A program made the position numbers and the translations under genes. The notes beneath the pieces are model-generated. The model did no database searches. It was not told the DNA's origin and worked only from the letters and a program-made list of their open reading frames with translations. A DNA stretch of 56,632 nt from Chiloscyllium plagiosum (Eukaryota): the NCBI RefSeq assembly GCF_004010195.1, contig NC_057718.1, positions 4,028,856 to 4,085,487 of the forward strand, written 5' to 3'. Within the stretch, counting starts at the first letter, position 1, and the number at the start of each line of letters is the position of its first letter. Shown here piece after piece: positions 52,601 through 56,632 of the stretch.

Positions 52601-54452
52601 TAAAGATAGGATTCTTGGCTGCATGGACGAACAATGGGATGTTGGGGTCTATGTCCATAGATCCCTCAAAGTTGTCACTCAGGTTTATAGGGTTGTTAAG
52701 AAGGCACGTGACGTTTTGGCTTTCATTAACGGGGAATTGAGTTTAAGAGCTGCAAGGCTTTGCTGTAGCTTTATAGAGCCCTGGTTAGACAACATTTGGA
52801 ATATTGTGTCCATTCTGGTCACCTCATTGTAGGAAGGATGTAGATACTTTAGAGAGGGTGCAGAGGAGATCTACCAGGATGCTGCCTGGGTTGGAGGGCT
52901 TGTCTTATGAAGAGAGATTGAGTTAGCTAGGGCTTTTTACACTGGAGAGGTGACTTGATAGAAGTGTACAAGGTAGAGGTGTACAAGGTAGAGATGTACA
53001 AGAAGCATGGATAGAGGAGATAGCCAGAGACTTTTCCCAAGGGCAGAAATGGCTGTCACGAGGGGTCATAATTTTAAGGTGGTTGAAGGAAGGTATAGGG
53101 AAGATGTCAGAGGTAGGTTCTTTATGCAGAGAATGGTGGGTGTGCGGAATGTGCTGCCAGCAATGGTAGTAGAGTTAGCGACATTAGGGACATTTAAGCG
53201 ACTGCTGGACAAGCACATGGATGGCAGTAAATCGAGGGGTGTGTAGGTTAGGTTGAGCTGAGATTGAGATAAATGCTCAGCACAACACTGTGGGCCAAAG
53301 GGCCTGTTCTGTTCTGTACTGTACTATGTTCTATATTGGATCATGTTCACACACTCGTTTGTTCAGTTCAATATGTATGACCAGATTTTACTCCGTTTCA
53401 AGGCGATAATTTCCACTCTGCTATTACTGCATAAGTGACGACGTCGCCACATTTATTTCAACGTGAGATGGTAATTTGATGATAATATCTGAAACAATAA
53501 AAAATATAATATCAGAAAATACTTACTGGTCACATTCAGCCGGGTCCCGTTCCCAAAGATATCCCCCCAAATCTGACAGAAGTAGGTATTGGTGTCACTG
53601 AGCTGCAGCTCTCTGATGGTCAGAATGAAGCTGTTACTGGTCACATTTCTGGAAAGCTGAAACCGCTCAGAGTACCGCTGCTTCGATCGGTAAACACCGC
53701 CGTCCGTATAATGACTCAGTATGACCGGCCCGTCTCGGGAATGGTGCCAGTGTACGGTGTATCTGTCCACGGTGTAATAGACATTACTGCTCCGCAAATC
53801 ACAGCGAAATGTCACTGTCCCACCCTCAGTCACCGTCACTGCTTCACGGGATTGGATAAGAACTGTCCATGTATCCTGACCTGTGAATAAACATTGATCG
53901 AGATCAGAACATAAAAGTAAAACGTCAAATCAAAGCGGTTATCGAAGCATCTGCACGTTTACAGATACCGATTCTGCGTTGTTATCACGAGTCTTGTCGG
54001 CGACCTATTTTAACATAAAATTAAAACAAAGTATTGCAGCTGCTGGAGACCCAAAGCAAACAGGTCTGGAAGAATGTGGAGAGAGAAGAGTGAATGTTTC
54101 TAGTCAAGTGATCCTTCTTCAGAACTACCCTGAGCAAAATACTGAGGATTCTAGAAATGTGAAATATGTAAAAAAAAACAGAAAATGCTGGAGATACTCG
54201 GCAGGTCTGTTAGGATACGTAGAGAAAAAAGCAAAGGGAATATTGCAAGTCAGTGACCTCTTACCACACCATGCCAGGTTTTTCACATTACCCTGCACTG
54301 ACCAGTAATTCCACTGGTTAAGGTCAAAAGCAGAGAAACTGTGGCTGAAGCTCATTCCTGCTCCAAATATATACTTCAGTGCTGTTAGTTACAGCAAATA
54401 CCATTACGATGAGCAGAAAAACAAGGGAATTTTTTGCCAGTTTTGATGACAT
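13582..54452 (-). CDS. Spliced type I membrane IgSF receptor: leader - 4 x VJ-type Ig domains - TM - cytoplasmic tail with ITSM/ITIM/ITSM (predicted 598 aa, 10 coding exons)
   Basis: Exons 54402-54452, 54292-54313, 53527-53880, 40562-40906, 36628-36975, 32090-32434, 22262-22397, 18712-18755, 17645-17679 and 13582-13698 are joined by GT..AG introns with matching phases (0,1,1,1,1,1,2,1,0). The total is 1797 nt, one open frame from ATG to TAG. Confidence 0.82.
15690..16095 (+). mobile_element. CR1-type LINE 3' end fragment
   Basis: gaggagaaatgtcttcacccacagagtt.. and aagggctgaatggcctactc 3' end motifs. A related inverted copy lies at ~12820-13120. Confidence 0.6.
16895..17435 (+). mobile_element. 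Old CR1 LINE 3' fragment
   Basis: Remnants of [17 protein letters not shown] and the RGHRLKV region. Confidence 0.6.
17645..17679 (-). CDS. Cytoplasmic exon 2 ([12 protein letters not shown])
   Basis: Strong sites cttattttatttcag|AA..CCA|gtaagt, 35 nt, phase 1->0. It bridges exactly the phases of its two neighbours. Confidence 0.75.
17805..18292. repeat. ~32-bp minisatellite (gagggagtgctgcactgtcagagggtcagtact)n, ~15 degenerate units
   Basis: Periodicity is directly visible and explains the repetitive ORFs at 17743-18461. Confidence 0.9.
18712..18755 (-). CDS. Cytoplasmic exon 1 with ITSM ([14 protein letters not shown])
   Basis: atatcaaacag|G..AGTG|gtaaga, 44 nt, phase 2->1, matching the TM exon donor. 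It carries a TxYxxV motif preceded by an acidic run. An in-frame upstream acceptor (ttctgcag, exon start 18803) is also possible. Confidence 0.78.
19320..21022 (+). mobile_element. CR1 LINE, 5'-truncated, decayed ORF2; extra CR1 3' tail nested at ~20705-20798
   Basis: ORFs 19360-19743 and 19905-20489 ([22 protein letters not shown]) and a ttctatgttct tail. Confidence 0.9.
22262..22397 (-). CDS. Transmembrane exon ([46 protein letters not shown])
   Basis: ggtattttacag|AA..GAAGG|gtaaat, 136 nt, phase 1->2. About 25 uncharged hydrophobic residues are followed by a KK stop-transfer. This frame is not in the ORF track. Confidence 0.88.
22662..23790. mobile_element. Possible solo-LTR-like repeat interrupted by a CR1 3' fragment
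   Basis: Begins tgttatgg and ends ..tcataca (TG..CA, weak inverted ends). No clean TSD. Confidence 0.3.
22948..23480 (-). mobile_element. CR1 LINE 3' fragment
   Basis: catagaacatagaac tail; reverse complement of the [14 protein letters not shown] region. Confidence 0.8.
24530..24725. repeat. Short inverted-repeat (hairpin/MITE-like) dispersed element
   Basis: ctggagaaactcagcaggtctggcagc..gagttaatgtttt pairs with aaaacattgactc..gctgccagacctgctgagtttctccag. A similar element is at 37790-37995, with half-copies at ~5220, ~34130 and ~54180. Confidence 0.7.
24870..29075 (+). mobile_element. CR1 LINE 3' fragment split by a Tx1-like insertion
   Basis: CR1 sequence at 24870-25284 resumes at 28948 and ends in a tatgactctatagctctatga tail. 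Confidence 0.8.
25285..28947 (-). mobile_element. Tx1/L1-clade non-LTR retrotransposon, 5'-truncated, frameshifted ORF2 (APE endonuclease, RT, C-terminal zinc finger); 15-bp TSD
   Basis: GC-rich island with [71 protein letters not shown] and [20 protein letters not shown] plus a short A-tail mark the left end. gaataagaaacattt occurs at 25270-25284 and 28948-28962. Confidence 0.92.
29125..29792 (+). mobile_element. Old CR1 LINE 3' fragment
   Basis: Remnants of [27 protein letters not shown]. Confidence 0.65.
29795..30095 (+). mobile_element. HE1-like SINE
   Basis: ggtggctcagtggttagcact.. head, CR1-like 3' part and (aatct)n tail. Confidence 0.75.
32090..32434 (-). CDS. Ig V-set exon D4 with J-like strand (paralog of D2)
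   Basis: ttcttcccttaaag|TT..ACAG|gtaagt, 345 nt, phase 1-1. Translation [38 protein letters not shown]. Confidence 0.93.
32652..33142 (+). mobile_element. Penelope-like element (second family) 3' fragment with inverted termini
   Basis: [28 protein letters not shown]-like remnant. 32655-32712 is the reverse complement of ~33048-33105. A related fragment is at 55230-55440. Confidence 0.6.
33250..33490 (+). mobile_element. Internal CR1 RT fragment flanked by ~22-bp direct repeats
   Basis: [16 protein letters not shown]; acttctcctgc(g/a)tca(g/a)caaaaa at 33230-33251 and 33494-33515. Confidence 0.8.
33800..34082 (-). mobile_element. HE1-like SINE
   Basis: Reverse complement of the tggttagcactgctgcctcac..ggagtttgcacattctccc head. 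Confidence 0.75.
34490..35812. mobile_element. Rearranged CR1 LINE: 3' part on minus (34490-35270), 5' part on plus (35271-35812)
   Basis: The strand switch is visible in chimeric ORFs 35160-35483 and 35184-35369. RT motifs are in 35403-35723. Confidence 0.8.
36628..36975 (-). CDS. Ig V-set exon D3 with J-like strand
   Basis: tttcctgcaacag|AC..ACTG|gtaagt, 348 nt, phase 1-1. Translation [39 protein letters not shown]. Confidence 0.93.
38105..39190 (-). mobile_element. Rex1/Babar-like LINE 3' fragment with (CAAAT)n tail
   Basis: [36 protein letters not shown] is the typical Rex1-clade ORF end; (gattt)n at 38108-38133. Confidence 0.7.
39751..40369. mobile_element. Non-autonomous Tc1/mariner-superfamily (Tigger/pogo-like) MITE
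   Basis: TA|cagaggaaactcgattatc ... cataatcgaggtttctcag|TA: imperfect TIRs with TA on both sides. Confidence 0.65.
40562..40906 (-). CDS. Ig V-set exon D2 with J-like strand
   Basis: ttttctcttaaag|GT..ACAG|gtaagt, 345 nt, phase 1-1. Translation [38 protein letters not shown]. Confidence 0.93.
41350..42607 (+). mobile_element. CR1 LINE, decayed and internally deleted
   Basis: [18 protein letters not shown] and a tatgactctatgactct tail. Confidence 0.85.
43865..44310 (-). mobile_element. CR1 3' end joined to an HE1-like SINE head
   Basis: CR1 tail at 43865-44155 and SINE head at 44157-44310. Confidence 0.65.
44800..49350 (-). mobile_element. Old CR1 (44800-46030, 48420-49350) with a younger CR1 nested at ~46030-48415
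   Basis: ORFs 46308-48211 give CR1 ORF2 remnants ([34 protein letters not shown]). Older, more divergent CR1 remnants flank both sides. Confidence 0.8.
51060..53335 (+). mobile_element. CR1 LINE, long ORF2 remnant with stops/frameshifts
   Basis: ORF 51490-52176 ([32 protein letters not shown]), 52503-52832, 53007-53246 and a ctatgttctat tail. Confidence 0.92.
53527..53880 (-). CDS. Ig V-set exon D1 with germline-joined J motif
   Basis: ttattcacag|GT..ACCA|gtaagt, 354 nt, phase 1-1. Translation [53 protein letters not shown] has the B-strand Cys, C-strand Trp, DxxxYxC and FGxG. Confidence 0.93.
54292..54313 (-). CDS. Leader mini-exon 2 (WNYWSVQ-G), 22 nt
   Basis: Acceptor tttctctgcttttgaccttaaccag|TGG and donor CAGG|gtaatg (phase 0->1). 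It gives a plausible signal peptidase site VQG/QD. An alternative in-frame donor GTG|gtaaga would extend the exon to 54265. Confidence 0.55.
54402..54452 (-). CDS. Leader exon 1 ([17 protein letters not shown])
   Basis: ATG with a purine at -3 (gaaATG), basic N-region and hydrophobic core. Phase-0 donor ATG|gtattt is weak; an in-frame alternative GCT|gtaact lies 9 nt further on. Confidence 0.6.
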
Positions 54453-55049
54453 TTCACAGCTTCCAGCTCAAATGACTGGTGCATGTTCTGAGACAGGAGG
54501 CTTCTTAATCTCATCTATTTAATCCCATCCTTGCAGAATGACAAGGTTACCAATCCCGAAATCCAGGGGTCCATTATTCATCTGGAAAGGAATGTGCTCT
54601 GGAGTTAGCTTTTACGATGCTGACCCTGCCTGTTGTTGGTTGTAGCTGCTTCAGGACTATGCAGAAATGACACTAGGTTCTGTGTGTGCAACAGTGCTTT
54701 AAAATGTCTCCTTCATGTTTACAGCTCCATTCTCCAGCAACGTCTAAAACATGTAGTAATTTTCTCTAAATCTACACTCAGGCTTCAAGCACAGTAAACA
54801 CCAGTAATAATCAGACTCAAAATCAATTACAGGACAGTTGAACAGATGAACACTATGCTCTTTAATCTCAGTTATGCCTGAAAAGTTGTTCTGGAATTTC
54901 TTTAATTTTCTCCAGAGCATATTCTGTCCTAACCAATGAAGTGGATTTGCTGTATTTTCACAACCAAACCTTTCAGCACTTTTCAGTCTGCATGCTAAAT
55001 TTAATGCCACGTTAATCTGACTGGATGCTGGTCTTGTTCAGCTCCATCA

Positions 55050-55565
55050 AATCCATACACATTCACACACACTGTCTCTCTCACCTTCACTCGCACACAC
55101 ACATACAAAGACACACACACAAAGTCTCACACATGCACACACTGTCACACACAAACATGGACATACACACAAGACACACACATAAATGCAAAGAGACACA
55201 AACACACACACTCACTCAGGTTGAGGTTTAGGGGAGCTCTAGATACCATCTATCAACCCCTCAGAAAACGAACAGGAAATGACATCACCACAAACACCAG
55301 GAACCCCCATCCACGACAAACATATAAATAGAAAGCAGGAGACAACAGCTTCGCTTCACTTGGAGGTCGCTACTGATGACGTTACCTAGCCAGGTAATGG
55401 AGCGTTTGGATATCAAACCTACAGCTCAGCGAGCCAACCTTCACCCCACACACATACATTCTCCCTCAAACATTCTCTCTCTTTCTTTGATGCACCCAGA
55501 CACATACATAGACGCACACATTCACACTCTCTCTCACACACACATTGATACACTCACAAATTCAA
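55050..55565. repeat. CA-rich low-complexity tract interrupted by a Penelope-like fragment (55230-55440)
   Basis: Degenerate (CA)n. Confidence 0.7.
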
Positions 55566-55589
55566 ACCACATTGCCCAGACCTGAACGT

Positions 55590-56030
55590 GATGTGGAGGT
55601 GCCAGTGTTAAACTGGATGCACAAAGTTAAAAATCGGACAACACCAGGTTGTAGTACAACTGGTTTATTAGGAAGTACTAGCTTTTGAAGCACTGCTCTA
55701 TCATCAGGTAGCTAGTGGAACAGGATCATAAGGAGCTAAGGTTTGATGCATTGTCTGAGCTGAAATGTAACTTTTATTTATATACCTTAAGTTATCTTGA
55801 GAATGTGACTTCAAAAAAGTTCTGGGATTTACATACTAATGAACCAAAACCTGCAACCCATTCTAAAAGATGAAAGACTTAACAGCAATCTAGGTTTGTT
55901 CAATATATTATTTCAATTGCATGACACTGTAATCTTTTGCTATAAATTCAGTGTCCTATGATCCTGTTCCACAGCTACCTGATGAAGGAGCAGTGCTCCA
56001 AAAGCTAGCGCTTCCAAATAAACCTGTCAG
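55590..56030. mobile_element. Dispersed element with long inverted termini (probably Penelope-derived)
   Basis: ctagcttttgaagcactgctc..atcaggtagc..gtggaacaggatcata pairs with tatgatcctgttccacagctacctgatgaaggagcagtgctccaaaagctag. Confidence 0.55.
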
Positions 56031-56329
56031 TACTGAGCAATCAGTCCTTTCATTTCATGGCTGTTATTAAACTGCAGTTGTTTGTAGATGGTGAGATCTG
56101 AGACACTTTAATCACAGTTTAAAACTGAAATCTGGTGAAACGACACATAAGTTTACAAATAATCTCATTAGGAGCAGGAATAGGCCACTCAGCTCCTCAA
56201 GCCTGCTCACCATGCTGTAATGCCGTGGCTAAACCTACCTCACTCTTGTTTTAAATCAGCAAACCCTGATGTTTAAACATTGACCTCTCATTCATGAATC
56301 TTTTATAAGAGGAACCATCCTCTCTATGT

Positions 56330-56632
56330 CTCCCGGTCAAGTCTCCTCAGGAGACTTTCACAATCAATATTCCCGCCCACCTTGCGAGGACCCCTTTGTC
56401 CCCCTCCATCACACTGCCTCCACCTGGACACCCTGCACTGGCCTATTACCTGCCCTCTTCATTTCCAACTGCTGCTGAGACATTAACCGCCTCAACCTGT
56501 CTACCCCCCTCCCCCACTCCAACCTCTCACCCTCACAACGCGCAGTCCTCCAATCCCTCTGCTCCAATCCCAACCTCACCATCAAGCCAGCGGATAAAAA
56601 GGGGTGCAGTGGTAGTCTGGCGCACTGACCTC
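56330..56632 (+). mobile_element. Penelope-like RT ORF fragment running off the window
   Basis: NLSPSQRAVLQSLCSNPNLTIKPADK..AVVVWRTDL, the same family as 7004-9793. Confidence 0.75.

Noticed and set aside
32090-53880. Rearranging Ig/TCR/IgNAR V gene cluster
   Set aside because: No RSS was seen, the J-like strand is already inside each exon, D2-D4 have no separate leader that I could find, no C1 exon was found, and the exons splice in phase to a TM and tyrosine-motif tail.
13582-54452. CD4/LAG3, PD-1, Siglec, SIRP or pIgR/CD300/MDIR ortholog
   Set aside because: CD4/LAG3 are V-C2-V-C2, and CD4 has a cytoplasmic CxC-type Lck motif that is absent here. PD-1 has one V domain. Siglecs need C2 domains and an F-strand Arg. 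Classical SIRP-alpha has C1 domains. pIgR/CD300-type V domains typically carry extra cysteines, whereas each domain here has only two. No gene symbol was assigned.

Overview
Eukaryotic, repeat-rich vertebrate genomic DNA, almost certainly from a cartilaginous fish (shark). This is inferred from the HE1-type tRNA-derived SINEs, abundant CR1 LINEs with (TTCTATG)n/(CTATGACT)n tails and Penelope-like elements. Most of the window is decayed retroelements: CR1, Penelope-like, one GC-rich Tx1/L1-clade copy with a 15-bp TSD, a Rex1/Babar-like fragment, SINEs and a Tigger/mariner-type MITE. On the minus strand I could assemble by hand a complete, phase-consistent 10-exon gene (54452->13582; 1797 nt, 598 aa). 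It has a split signal peptide (2 exons) and four tandem antigen-receptor-like V domains, each with its J-like (F/S/Y)GxG-x-x-L-x-V strand already joined in the germline. These are followed by an uncharged TM exon and three cytoplasmic exons carrying ITSM (TVYATV), ITIM-like (LYYADI) and ITSM (TEYATI) motifs. The product looks like a non-rearranging, multi-VJ-domain inhibitory immune receptor that I cannot assign to a named family. Several CR1 copies also carry locally templated captured sequence. The gene model is inferred from splice signals and reading-frame phase only; no transcript evidence was available. Repeat boundaries are approximate unless a TSD is given.
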